In this document: positions 29,547 through 39,569 of the stretch, piece by piece
Layout: each line of letters starts with the position of its first letter
How positions within the stretch are numbered: position 1 is the stretch's first letter
Assembly (NCBI GenBank): GCA_028865345.1
Contig: JAGWKL010000003.1
Coordinates: 184-64,183 of the forward strand
Length of the DNA: 64,000 nt
From: Candidatus Omnitrophota bacterium
GTDB lineage: Bacteria; Omnitrophota; Gorgyraeia; Zapsychrales; Fredricksoniimonadaceae
Reading direction: 5' to 3'
Position numbers and translations under genes: made by a program
Notes under the pieces: generated by a model
What the model saw: the letters and a program-made list of their open reading frames with translations, nothing else
Database searches by the model: none
What the model was told of the DNA's origin: nothing

Positions 29547-31268
29547 ATGGCTCAAAAAAAAGCCGTCAAGAAGACAGTTAAAAAGACAGTTCCAAAAGCC
29601 GTTAAGAAGGCCCCTGCCGGCCGGTTTGCCGCGAGCAAGCCCAAACGCAAGCCTGTGCACGGTTTGATGAAACCCATCAAACTGCGTTCCTCCTCAAAAA
29701 TTGTTCCCATGGAGATAAGAAAGCAGCGCAGCCGCGACATCATCCTGATTTTGGACATGGGGTCCCAGTATACCCAGCTCATCGCCCGCCGGGTGCGCGA
29801 AAGCAAGGTCTTCAGCCAGATCGTCCCTTATACGATCAGTATCGAAAAGATCAAGGAAATTTACCCCAAGGGCATTATCCTTTCCGGGGGGCCGCAGAGC
29901 GTCACGGACAAGAACGCGCCGTTGCCCAATCCTGAAATATTTAAATTAAACATCCCGATTTTGGGTGTTTGCTACGGCATGCAGGCCATCACCCATATGC
30001 TGGGAGGCAAGGTCGCCCGCGCCAAGGACCGCGAATACGGCAAGGCCGAGCTTTTCATTGATAACAACAAGGATTTGTTCAGCAACCTCTCGACGAATTT
30101 GACCTGCTGGATGAGCCACGGCGATGAGATCACAACGCCTCCGCCTGGCTTTACGCGCATAGCTCACACCTTGAATGCGGCCAATGCCGCCATTGCCAAC
30201 CGCCATCGCAAGATTTACGGTGTGCAGTTCCATCCCGAAGTGGTGCATACGCAGCGCGGACTTCAGATCATCCAGAATTTCGCTTATACCATATGCGGAT
30301 GCCTGCCGCGCTGGACCATGGACCGGTTCATCACAGCGGCCGTCAAGCAGATCCAGGACGCCGTCGGAAGCAAGAAAGTGGTTTTGGGTTTGAGCGGGGG
30401 GGTGGATTCGTCCGTCGTCGCTGTACTGTTGCAGAAAGCCATCGGCGGCCGCCTGTATTGCATTTTCGTGGACAACGGCCTGCTGCGAAAGAATGAGTCC
30501 GCTTCCGTCGCACGTACGTTTAAAGGCCATTTTAAAATGAATTTGACCTTAGTCGAGGCCCAAAAGCGCTTCCTGGACAGGCTTAAAGGCGTTGAAGACC
30601 CCGAGCAGAAACGTAAGATCATCGGCGATGAATTTATCCGGGTCTTTCAGGACGCCGCCAAAAAGATCAAAGGCGTTGAATTTCTGGCCCAGGGGACCTT
30701 ATATCCCGATGTCATAGAATCCGTGGCCGCCCACGGCGGGCCTACGGCCGTCATCAAAAGCCACCATAATGTCGGCGGCCTGCCCAAGGACATGAAGTTC
30801 AAATTGATCGAGCCCCTGCGTGAGTTGTTCAAGGATGAAGTGCGCCTGATCGGCAAGAACCTGCAGATGCCCGAATCCATCCTGAAACGCCAGCCTTTCC
30901 CGGGCCCCGGCCTGGCCATCCGCGTCATCGGAGAAGTGACGCCTGAACGTTTGGAAATCTTGCGCGAGGCGGACGACCGGGTATTGGATGAGATCAAGAA
31001 AGCGGGGCTTTACCATGATCTGTGGCAGTCTTTTGCCGTGCTCCTTCCCATCAAGACTGTCGGGGTCATGGGGGACCAGCGTACCTATGAAAATGTCATC
31101 GCGTTGCGTTGTGTCACCAGCGCCGACGGCATGACCGCTGACTGGGCGCAACTGCCCTATGATGTGTTGGGCCGCATTTCCAACCGCATCATCAACGAGG
31201 TCGCGGGCGTCAACCGTGTCGTGTACGACATCAGTTCCAAACCTCCAGCCACCATTGAGTGGGAATGA
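29547..31268 (+). CDS. guaA: GMP synthase (glutamine-hydrolysing) with Lys-rich N-terminal extension
   Basis: [46 protein letters not shown]. Confidence 0.97.
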   Translation: MAQKKAVKKTVKKTVPKAVKKAPAGRFAASKPKRKPVHGLMKPIKLRSSSKIVPMEIRKQRSRDIILILDMGSQYTQLIARRVRESKVFSQIVPYTISIEKIKEIYPKGIILSGGPQSVTDKNAPLPNPEIFKLNIPILGVCYGMQAITHMLGGKVARAKDREYGKAELFIDNNKDLFSNLSTNLTCWMSHGDEITTPPPGFTRIAHTLNAANAAIANRHRKIYGVQFHPEVVHTQRGLQIIQNFAYTICGCLPRWTMDRFITAAVKQIQDAVGSKKVVLGLSGGVDSSVVAVLLQKAIGGRLYCIFVDNGLLRKNESASVARTFKGHFKMNLTLVEAQKRFLDRLKGVEDPEQKRKIIGDEFIRVFQDAAKKIKGVEFLAQGTLYPDVIESVAAHGGPTAVIKSHHNVGGLPKDMKFKLIEPLRELFKDEVRLIGKNLQMPESILKRQPFPGPGLAIRVIGEVTPERLEILREADDRVLDEIKKAGLYHDLWQSFAVLLPIKTVGVMGDQRTYENVIALRCVTSADGMTADWAQLPYDVLGRISNRIINEVAGVNRVVYDISSKPPATIEWE

Positions 31269-31367
31269 TGGCGATAATTTTGTATTGATTCTTGGCGGTC
31301 TTAGGGTTAAATTAATGTACGATTTAACCTTAAGGTCCCTGGGTCTTGGGGACAGGCCTTTGCATAA

Positions 31368-34300
31368 ATGAGCGATCCGCAATTCGTCCACCTTCACGTC
31401 CACACCCAATATTCCCTGTTAGACGGCGCTTGCCGCGTCGATGAATTGGTCGGCAAGTGCGCCCAGTTCGGCATGCCGGCCTTGGGGCTGACCGACCACG
31501 GGAATATGTTCGGCGCCATCCATTTTTATAAGGCCTGCCAAAAAGCCAAAATTAAACCCATCATCGGTTGTGAAGTGTATGTTTCACCCTCCGGCCGTTT
31601 CGAGAGGGCCTCCGACCAGAAAAACATTTGTCATTTGACCCTGTTGGCCGCCGACAATGAGGGCTATGCCAATTTGATGAAATTAGTCAGCGCGGCCTAT
31701 TTGGAAGGTTTCTATTATAAGCCGCGCATTGACAAGGACATTTTAGCCAAGCATGCGCGCGGGCTTATCGGCACCTCGGGTTGCCTTAAGGGCGAGGTGG
31801 CCGGGCATTTATTGCGGGGGTCTTTCGAATCCGCGTTGAAGACGGCGGCGCAATACGCCGAGATCTTCCCCCGTGGGCATTATTACATCGAGCTCATGGA
31901 CCACGGCATCATGGAACAAAAAAAGGTCAATGAAGACTTGGTCAGGATCGCCGGTCAGTTGGACCTGCCGCTGGTGGCGAGCAATGACGTGCATTATATC
32001 GAGCGTACCCAGGCCATGGCGCACGAAACCCTGCTGTGCATCCAGACCCAGATGACCTTAAATGATCCCCAACACATGCGGTTCGGCACAGACCAGTTTT
32101 ATTTTAAAAGCCCCCAGGATATGGCCGCCCTTTTTGCCGGATTTCCCGACGCTGTTAAAAACACCATGGCTATTGCCGAACAGTGTGATTTAAAGCTGGA
32201 TTTCAGCCAGTATCACCTTCCGCATTATGATGTGCCCGGGGGCATGAGTCTTCAAGCCTACCTGTTTGATCTGTGCGAGAAGGGGGTGTCTAAACGTTAC
32301 CCTGACAGGGCCAATGACGAAGCGTTGCGCCGGCGCCTGGAATACGAGCTTAAGACCATTGCGGACATGGGGTTTGTCAGTTATTTCCTGGTAGTATGGG
32401 ACTTCATCAACTATGCCAAATCCATCGGTGTTCCTGTCGGGCCGGGCCGCGGTTCGGCCGCCGGCAGCCTGGTCAGTTACCTGTTGGGGATCACGGACTT
32501 GGACCCCATCAAATACGGCCTGCTGTTCGAGCGTTTCTTGAACCCGGGCCGCAAAAGCATGCCGGACATCGACATCGACTTTTGTTTCGAACGCCGCGGC
32601 GAGATCATCGATTATGTCACTAAAAAATACGGGGCCGATAATGTGGCCCAGATCATCACCTTCGGGTCCATGCAGGCCAAGGCCGCGGTGCGCGACGTGG
32701 GCCGGGCCATGGGGATGAGTTACCCGGATGTCGACCGCATTGCCAAGCTCATCCCCAACGAATTGGGGATCACCATCGAGCAGGCCCTGAACGTGGAGCC
32801 GCAATTGCGGCAGGCCGTTGAATTCGACAAGACCGCCCAACAGTTGCTGGCCACGGCCCGGGTGCTGGAGGGGCTCAACCGCCACGCCTCCATCCATGCC
32901 GCGGGTGTCGTCATTGCAGACAAGCCCCTGACGGAATACGTGCCTTTGTTCAAAAGTTCCGACGGGCAGATCACCACGGCCTTTGATATGGACGGCATCT
33001 CCCAGATCGGGTTGGTGAAAATGGATTTTCTGGGTTTAAGGACCCTGACTGTCATTGACCAGGCCGTCAAGCTCATCAAGAAACACCAGGGTGTGGAGAT
33101 CAATATTGATACCATTCCTCTCGACGATAAGAAAACCTACGAGATGTTGTCAAGCGCCTGTGCCATGGGGGTGTTCCAGGTGGAAAGCGGGGGCATGCGC
33201 GATCTATTAAAGAAAATGAAACCCTCCGAGTTTGAGGACCTCATCGCCATCAATGCCCTTTACCGTCCCGGGCCGATGGGTTCAGGCATGCTGGATGATT
33301 TTATCAGGCGCAAGCGCGGCGAGCAGAAGATCGCCTACCCGCATCCCAAACTGGAGCCCGTGCTTAAATCCACCTATGGGATCATTCTTTACCAGGAACA
33401 GGTCATGCAGATCGCCTCGGTTATGGCGGGTTTCAATATGACCCAGGCCGATGACTTGCGCAAGGCCATGGGGAAGAAAATAGCGTCGGAAATGCAAAAA
33501 ATGCGGTCCTTTTTTATCGACGGGTGCGCCAAGACCAGCCTGATGCCGGGGCCCCAGGCTGATCAGCTATTTGATTTGATCGATTATTTCGCCGGTTACG
33601 GGTTCAACCGCAGCCATTCCGCGGCCTATGCGCTGATCACCTACCGCACCGCCTATTTAAAAGCCAATTATCCGGTGGAGTATATGACGGCGCTGTTGAC
33701 TTCGGAAAAAGACAATACGGACAAGGTCGTTGAATATATCAAGGAATGCGCGAGCCTGGGGATCGACGTTTTGCCGCCGGATGTCAACCATAGTTATGCC
33801 CAATTCACCGTGGAAAAGAACAAAGCCGTCCGTTACGGCCTGCTGGCCGTCAAAAATTTGGGCGCCGGAGCCATTGAATCCGTCGTCCAGGCCCGCAGGG
33901 AAGGCGGGGCGTTTGCTTCCGTGTTTGATTTCTGCGGCCGTGTTGACCTGCGTTTGAATAACCATAAGGTCCTGGAAAGCTTGATCAAGTGCGGCGCTTT
34001 CGATGTCTTTAAATGCCGGAGGTCCCAGATGATGGCGGTGCTGGACATGGCCCTGGAGGTGGGAACGCGCCGACAAAAAGAAAAAGAGGTCGGCCAGATC
34101 TCTTTCTTTAATATGGCAGAAGAGGGCAGCGGCTTTGGCGGGAACCAGGAGGGCTTGCCCGACATCCCGGAATGGCCGCAGGCTTCAGTTTTGGCCCATG
34201 AAAAGGCCCTGTTGGGGCTTTATTTGAGCGGCCATCCGCTGGACCGCTATAAAACCGAGATCGAGAAATTCGCTGATTTTACGACGGGCAATATCAAAAA

Positions 34301-34802
34301 CGCCCGCGATGGGCAGGAGGTCCGCATGGTGGGGCTTATCACGGGCGTCAAGCTGACCACCACCAAGAAAACCAACGAACGCATGGCCATCGTGGGGCTG
34401 GAGGACAACGACGGAGAGATGGAAATCGTGGTATTTCCATCCAGCTATGCCCAGGTTTCTCCTTATTTGAAGGAAAATACAGTGGTGGTGGTCAAGGGCA
34501 AGGTGAGTTTCCGGGATGGTTTTCCCAAAATGGTGGCCAATGAAATGGCGGGCATTGATGAGGTCTATGATCTGGTCAAGTCTGTGCAGGTGGATTTATC
34601 GGATTCGGGCCAGTTTGAGAAATTAAAAGAGAAGCTGATGCGTTTCCCCGGCAAGACCCCTGTGTATTTGCAGATGCACGCGGATAATTATAAAAAAGTG
34701 CAGATTTTGGTGGGTGAAGAATTTTATGTCACGCCCAGCGAAGTTTTGGTGGAAGAGATCAAGGTGTTGGTGGGGGAGAATAATTTTTCGTTGACACTGT
34801 AA
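31368..34802 (+). CDS. dnaE: DNA polymerase III alpha subunit
   Basis: PHP domain HLHVHTQYSLLDG, GRGSAAGS, PDIDIDF, YGFNRSH, OB fold; no intein seen. Confidence 0.97.
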   Translation: MSDPQFVHLHVHTQYSLLDGACRVDELVGKCAQFGMPALGLTDHGNMFGAIHFYKACQKAKIKPIIGCEVYVSPSGRFERASDQKNICHLTLLAADNEGYANLMKLVSAAYLEGFYYKPRIDKDILAKHARGLIGTSGCLKGEVAGHLLRGSFESALKTAAQYAEIFPRGHYYIELMDHGIMEQKKVNEDLVRIAGQLDLPLVASNDVHYIERTQAMAHETLLCIQTQMTLNDPQHMRFGTDQFYFKSPQDMAALFAGFPDAVKNTMAIAEQCDLKLDFSQYHLPHYDVPGGMSLQAYLFDLCEKGVSKRYPDRANDEALRRRLEYELKTIADMGFVSYFLVVWDFINYAKSIGVPVGPGRGSAAGSLVSYLLGITDLDPIKYGLLFERFLNPGRKSMPDIDIDFCFERRGEIIDYVTKKYGADNVAQIITFGSMQAKAAVRDVGRAMGMSYPDVDRIAKLIPNELGITIEQALNVEPQLRQAVEFDKTAQQLLATARVLEGLNRHASIHAAGVVIADKPLTEYVPLFKSSDGQITTAFDMDGISQIGLVKMDFLGLRTLTVIDQAVKLIKKHQGVEINIDTIPLDDKKTYEMLSSACAMGVFQVESGGMRDLLKKMKPSEFEDLIAINALYRPGPMGSGMLDDFIRRKRGEQKIAYPHPKLEPVLKSTYGIILYQEQVMQIASVMAGFNMTQADDLRKAMGKKIASEMQKMRSFFIDGCAKTSLMPGPQADQLFDLIDYFAGYGFNRSHSAAYALITYRTAYLKANYPVEYMTALLTSEKDNTDKVVEYIKECASLGIDVLPPDVNHSYAQFTVEKNKAVRYGLLAVKNLGAGAIESVVQARREGGAFASVFDFCGRVDLRLNNHKVLESLIKCGAFDVFKCRRSQMMAVLDMALEVGTRRQKEKEVGQISFFNMAEEGSGFGGNQEGLPDIPEWPQASVLAHEKALLGLYLSGHPLDRYKTEIEKFADFTTGNIKNARDGQEVRMVGLITGVKLTTTKKTNERMAIVGLEDNDGEMEIVVFPSSYAQVSPYLKENTVVVVKGKVSFRDGFPKMVANEMAGIDEVYDLVKSVQVDLSDSGQFEKLKEKLMRFPGKTPVYLQMHADNYKKVQILVGEEFYVTPSEVLVEEIKVLVGENNFSLTL

Positions 34803-34819
34803 GTCGTTGTTGGTACGAT
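34791..34819 (+). promoter_or_regulatory. Promoter of the HU/IHF gene, overlapping the dnaE end
   Basis: TTGACA-17 bp-TACGAT. Confidence 0.6.
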
Positions 34820-34896
34820 ACTTCCGTTTAATTTGAAGAAAAACCAACTCGTCTAAGTTGCGATAAAGCGGCAGGTTTTGTTAAGGAGAGTCTTTA

Positions 34897-35169
34897 ATGA
34901 CCAAAAAGGATATCGTTTTAAAAATCACCGATGCCACCGGCATCAAGCAAGTGGATGTCAAAAAGATCGTGCAAAAAACTTTTGATGTCATTGTTGATTC
35001 CCTGATGCAGGGGGACAAGGTGGAGTTGCGTAATTTTGGGGTCTTTAAGATCAAAGAGCGACGCGCCCGTTTCGGCCGTAATCCCCGCACGGGACAGAGC
35101 GTTCCCGTCCCTCCCCGGAAAGTCGTGGTTTTTAAGTCCGGTCTGGAAATGAAGCAGAAAGTCAAATAG
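34897..35169 (+). CDS. HU/IHF family DNA-binding protein
   Basis: MTKKD, VELRNFGVF, GRNPRTG. Confidence 0.95.
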   Translation: MTKKDIVLKITDATGIKQVDVKKIVQKTFDVIVDSLMQGDKVELRNFGVFKIKERRARFGRNPRTGQSVPVPPRKVVVFKSGLEMKQKVK

Positions 35170-35182
35170 CCGTCCAATTCAC

Positions 35183-36457
35183 GTGAATAAAACCTTCGCC
35201 GTCCCCCGCGGGACATCCGATATATTACCCGATGCTATTCCACTCTGGGAAGCATTAGAATCCAAGGCCAGAAAAATTTGTAAATCCTACGGCTACAGGG
35301 AAATCCGTACGCCTATCTACGAGGACATTAATCTTTTTAAAAGGTCCCTTGGAGCAACCAGTGATGTGGTCCATAAACAGCTTTTAGAGATGGTTTCAAG
35401 CAAAGAAGAGGAAGGCTACGCTCTGCGTCCGGAAGGGACGGCATCCATTGTGCGTTCTTATCTTGAGAACAGTTTTGACAAGAAAGAGCCTTTATCCAAA
35501 TTTTTTTATATTGGTCCCATGTTCCGCGGTGAGCGTCCGCAAAAAGGGCGGTTACGCCAGTTTCATCAAATTGGAGTAGAAGCTATAGGTACTGATGGTG
35601 CTTCTCCATTTCTTGACGCGGAGATCTTGACTTTGGTCATGCATCTGCTCCAAGAGTTTCATGTCCAAGGGCCAAAACTTAAAATTAATTCTTTGGGGTC
35701 TAAAGAAGATAAAGAAAGAATCTCATTATGGTTACGCAAAGAATTTACTAAACATAAAAATGAATTATGCGAAGATTGCCAAAGACGTTATGAACACAAT
35801 GTTTTTCGTGTTCTTGACTGTAAAAATGAGAAATGCCGTAAAATAGTCGATTCATTTGTTCAAGATTTGCCTTTGTCCGATATAAGTAGGGGATATTTTG
35901 AGGCGGTTCAGAAGGCATTGAAAGAAGCAGGTATCAATTTTGAGATCGCTCCTCATTTGGTAAGAGGATTGGATTATTATACACATACGGTTTTTGAAAT
36001 AACGGCAGAGGGGCTGGGGAGCCAAGATGCTGTCGGGGCAGGAGGACGTTACGCAGGGCTTTTAGACGATTTGGGCGGGAACGAAAAAACGGAGTATGGT
36101 GCTATTGGTTTTGCGTTAGGAATGGAACGGATATTATTGGCTTCTGGCAAGGCCCAAGAGGGGCCTCAAACAATAGATGCCTTTGTGATTGAAACTCAGG
36201 CAGAGTATCAATTTCGATCGTTTCAATTATTAAGCGATTTACGTAAGAATGGCATCAGCGCTACGACAAATTTTTCAGGCGGTTCGATGAAGTCCCTAAT
36301 GAATCAAGCCAACAAAGCCAATGCCCGGTTCGCTTTGATCATCGGTGATCAGGAATTTAAAGATGAGACTGTTTCAGTAAAAAACATGAGTACCAGTCAG
36401 CAGGAGACGGTGGCTTTATCAGGAATTATCGAGATAATGAAGGATAAATTGAAATAA
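35183..36457 (+). CDS. hisS: Histidine--tRNA ligase
   Basis: PRGT.D, LRPEGTA, FRGERPQKGRLRQFHQ, LVRGLDYY, GGRY; AT-rich interior. Confidence 0.96.
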   Translation: MNKTFAVPRGTSDILPDAIPLWEALESKARKICKSYGYREIRTPIYEDINLFKRSLGATSDVVHKQLLEMVSSKEEEGYALRPEGTASIVRSYLENSFDKKEPLSKFFYIGPMFRGERPQKGRLRQFHQIGVEAIGTDGASPFLDAEILTLVMHLLQEFHVQGPKLKINSLGSKEDKERISLWLRKEFTKHKNELCEDCQRRYEHNVFRVLDCKNEKCRKIVDSFVQDLPLSDISRGYFEAVQKALKEAGINFEIAPHLVRGLDYYTHTVFEITAEGLGSQDAVGAGGRYAGLLDDLGGNEKTEYGAIGFALGMERILLASGKAQEGPQTIDAFVIETQAEYQFRSFQLLSDLRKNGISATTNFSGGSMKSLMNQANKANARFALIIGDQEFKDETVSVKNMSTSQQETVALSGIIEIMKDKLK

Positions 36458-36460
36458 TGC

Positions 36461-36502
36461 GTGTCGTCGGGTGTGCCACGACGAGCCAGGACCCGATGAT
36501 GC
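36461..36502 (+). repeat. Family-1 element remnant E4 (ends only, interior deleted)
   Basis: GTCGGGTG...GACGAGCCAGGACCCGATGA matches the 5' and 3' ends of E1/E2; 12-bp terminal stem with G-T pairs. Confidence 0.65.
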
Positions 36503-36524
36503 CAGGAAGAAAGGTTTTATCGTC

Positions 36525-37931
36525 ATGAGGACGCACACGTGTGGGGAATTGAACAAGGATTTCAAAGACCAGGAGGCCGTCCTTTGCGGGTGGGTGCACC
36601 GCAGGCGCGACCACGGCAAGCTTATTTTTATCGACATCCGCGACCGTTACGGCATCACCCAGGTCGTCTTTGTGCCGTCGGTATCTCCCGAGGCCCATCA
36701 GGAGGCCCAGAAATTGGGCCCTGAGTTCGTGGTGAAGATCACCGGGACCGTCAATGTGCGTCCACCCAAGAACGTCAATCCCGAATCAAGCACGGGGGAC
36801 ATTGAGCTTTTGGCCAAGAAATTGGAGATATTGAATACGGCCAAGGTGCCGGTCTTTGAGATCGACGACCATATCGAGGCTGCCGAAGATGTGCGCCTGA
36901 CGTACCGTTATTTGGACATCCGCCGCAAGAGGGTGCGTGATTCCCTGGTTTTGCGCCATCGCATCTGCAGCGCCATGCGTTCGTTTTTGAACGGTGAAAA
37001 GTTTACCGAGATCGAGACCCCTGTGCTGACCAAATCGACCCCCGAGGGCGCCCGCGATTTTTTGGTGCCTTCCCGCCTGAACCAGGGGGCTTTTTATGCT
37101 TTGCCGCAGTCACCGCAACTTTTCAAACAGATCCTCATGGTGGCGGGCATGGACCGTTATTACCAGATCGTCAAGTGTTTCCGCGACGAGGACCTGCGCG
37201 CCGACCGCCAGCCGGAATTCACCCAGCTGGATATGGAGATGTCCTTTGTGGACCAGGATTTTGTTTTTGACCTGACGGAGCGCATGTATAAAAGCATATT
37301 CAAAGAAGTCCTCGATATTGATCTTAAAACGCCTTTTGCGCGTATGACCCATGCCGAGGCCATGGCCAATTATAACAGCGATAAGCCGGACATCCGTCAG
37401 GACAAAAACAACCCCAAAGAGTTTGCTTTTTTGTGGGTTGTGGATTTTCCTTTGTTCAAGTATAATACGGACGAAAAACGCTGGGACAGTGAGCATCATC
37501 CTTTTACCGGCCTTCATCCCGATGATGAGCATTTTTTGGAGGAAGGCAAGTACGCTCAGGTCCGCGGCCGCTGTTACGACCTGGTCCTTAACGGCAATGA
37601 GATCGGCAGCGGTTCGATACGTATTCACCGGCGTCAATTACAGCAGAAGATTTTTGACATCATCGGCATTGCCCCGCAGGAGGCGGAGGTGCGTTTCGGT
37701 TTTTTATTGCGGGCTTTTGAATATGGAGCGCCCCCGCATGCCGGGGTGGCCTACGGCATTGACCGTCTGGTGACGATCTTGACCGGTAATGCGTCCATCC
37801 GCGATTGCATCGCTTTCCCCAAGACCCAGAAAGGGACATGTTTGATGACGGAGGCCCCGTCGGACGTGGATGCCGGGCAGCTCAAAGATTTGGGACTGGT
37901 GGTTGTGAAAAAAAATGAAGGACCCAATTAA
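36525..37931 (+). CDS. aspS: Aspartate--tRNA ligase (bacterial type, lacking the GAD insertion domain)
   Basis: MRTHTCGEL, RRRDHG, STPEGARDF, LPQSPQLFKQ, FRDEDLRADRQPEFTQ, FPKT; only 468 aa. Confidence 0.95.
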   Translation: MRTHTCGELNKDFKDQEAVLCGWVHRRRDHGKLIFIDIRDRYGITQVVFVPSVSPEAHQEAQKLGPEFVVKITGTVNVRPPKNVNPESSTGDIELLAKKLEILNTAKVPVFEIDDHIEAAEDVRLTYRYLDIRRKRVRDSLVLRHRICSAMRSFLNGEKFTEIETPVLTKSTPEGARDFLVPSRLNQGAFYALPQSPQLFKQILMVAGMDRYYQIVKCFRDEDLRADRQPEFTQLDMEMSFVDQDFVFDLTERMYKSIFKEVLDIDLKTPFARMTHAEAMANYNSDKPDIRQDKNNPKEFAFLWVVDFPLFKYNTDEKRWDSEHHPFTGLHPDDEHFLEEGKYAQVRGRCYDLVLNGNEIGSGSIRIHRRQLQQKIFDIIGIAPQEAEVRFGFLLRAFEYGAPPHAGVAYGIDRLVTILTGNASIRDCIAFPKTQKGTCLMTEAPSDVDAGQLKDLGLVVVKKNEGPN

Positions 37932-37945
37932 TAGGAGAACGGACT

Positions 37946-38560
37946 ATGTTGAATAAAAATTTAGCTTTGGTGGTGATGGTGCTCTTTGCGGCCGGCTGCG
38001 GTTTGGAGGCCAGGACCTATGTGATGACCAAACCCCGTGTCGGCCTGAACCGCGGGACAGGCAACGGCGGTTGTGTCGTGGGCACATGCCCCCCGGCACC
38101 GGCACCCGCAGAGACGACCCGCAAGGTATATGTGCTGGAGATCACCAAGCCGGTCCCGGAATCCAAGGTCGAAAAAATAGAGGAGCAGGCGATCAACGCC
38201 ATCGCCCAAACCGCCCCCCAACCATCTTCCGAGACGGTCCCTGCAGCGCCGGCGCCGACGGTAAATACCCAAAGTTCCCAGCCTCAAGTAACGGTTCCGG
38301 TGATCGGGGAGAGGCCGGGTACGATTGCAACGACCCCGTCAACGCCCGCAGCGGCAACAACACCGGTAGAGCAAAATCACGGGAACCTGCAGCCTGCCTC
38401 TTATACGGTGCAAAAGGACGATACGCTGCAGAAAATTTCCAAGAAGGTTTATGGCACCTACAGCAAATGGTATAAAATTTACAAGGCCAACAAAGACAAA
38501 ATCAAGAATCCTAATGTCCTGCGGCCCGGTACGGTGCTGACTATTCCACCGGTAAAATAA
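37946..38560 (+). CDS. LysM domain lipoprotein
   Basis: Lipobox FAAGC, Pro/Thr-rich linker, YTVQKDDTL.KI...YG...W..IY.AN...I.NPN.L.PG. Confidence 0.88.
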   Translation: MLNKNLALVVMVLFAAGCGLEARTYVMTKPRVGLNRGTGNGGCVVGTCPPAPAPAETTRKVYVLEITKPVPESKVEKIEEQAINAIAQTAPQPSSETVPAAPAPTVNTQSSQPQVTVPVIGERPGTIATTPSTPAAATTPVEQNHGNLQPASYTVQKDDTLQKISKKVYGTYSKWYKIYKANKDKIKNPNVLRPGTVLTIPPVK

Positions 38561-38586
38561 ATCTGTTTTCTTAAGGAAGGGTGTGA

Positions 38587-39543
38587 ATGGATTTTCGTTT
38601 GGAATTGAACAATAACCGTGATTTGCAGTTTTTGTTCGGACGCCATGATCAAAATTTGAAAATCATCGAGAAAGAATTAGGGGTCCGTATCGTCCGTGCC
38701 GAGGACGGCATCAAGATCATCGGCAGTGACCCCCAGCTTACGGTCGCCCGCGAACTGTTCCATTACCTGATGACCTTTGTCGAGAAGGGCAAGGATGTCA
38801 AGAAATCCGACATCGTTTACGCTCTGCGCCTGGTCGACAAAGATAAAGAGATCGATTTCAAGCGCCTGGCCAAGGAAAAGATCGAAGTGTCGGTGCAGGG
38901 CTTGATCACGCCCAAAACCAAGGGGCAGATCGAATATATCGAGGCCATCAAGACCAATGACCTGGTTTTTTGCATCGGTCCCGCCGGAACAGGGAAGACC
39001 TATTTGGCCATTGCCATGGCGGTCAATGCCCTCAAAAAAGGACTGGTGCGCCGCATTGTCCTGACCCGTCCGGCCGTGGAAGCCGGGGAAAACTTAGGAT
39101 TTTTGCCGGGGGACATGGTGGAAAAGGTGTTGCCCTACCTGCGCCCGTTGTACGATGCCCTTTACGATATGATGGAACCTGAAAAGGTCGAGCATTACAG
39201 CGAGCAGGGGATCATCGAAGTCGCTCCCCTGGCGTTTATGCGCGGGCGCACGCTTAACGAGGCTTTTGTGATCCTCGACGAAGCCCAAAATGCGCGGCCC
39301 GACCAGATGAAGATGTTTTTGACCCGCATGGGCTTCGATTCCAAGGTCGTGGTGGCCGGCGACGTGACCCAAAGCGATCTGCCGTCTCCGGAGAACAACG
39401 GCCTGGCCGAGGCCAACCGGGTCCTGGCCCACGTGCCTGAGATCAAGTTCATCCATTTGACCAGCGAGGACACGGTCCGTCACGAGCTGGTGCAAAAGAT
39501 CATCGAAGCCTACGCGCAATCCAACGGCTCCAACAAACATTAA
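38587..39543 (+). CDS. phoH: PhoH family ATPase
   Basis: GPAGTGKTYLA, TRPAVEAGE.LGFLPG, PLAFMRGRT, DEAQN. Confidence 0.94.
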   Translation: MDFRLELNNNRDLQFLFGRHDQNLKIIEKELGVRIVRAEDGIKIIGSDPQLTVARELFHYLMTFVEKGKDVKKSDIVYALRLVDKDKEIDFKRLAKEKIEVSVQGLITPKTKGQIEYIEAIKTNDLVFCIGPAGTGKTYLAIAMAVNALKKGLVRRIVLTRPAVEAGENLGFLPGDMVEKVLPYLRPLYDALYDMMEPEKVEHYSEQGIIEVAPLAFMRGRTLNEAFVILDEAQNARPDQMKMFLTRMGFDSKVVVAGDVTQSDLPSPENNGLAEANRVLAHVPEIKFIHLTSEDTVRHELVQKIIEAYAQSNGSNKH

Positions 39544-39569
39544 AGTTCACGGCCTTGAAGGGACAGGGC

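Noticed and set aside
31368-34802. Possible intein in dnaE
   Set aside because: The length (1144 aa) is normal and I see no intein splice motifs.
36471-36524. Upstream GTG start for aspS
   Set aside because: It derives from remnant E4; MRTHTCGEL at 36525 is the canonical start.
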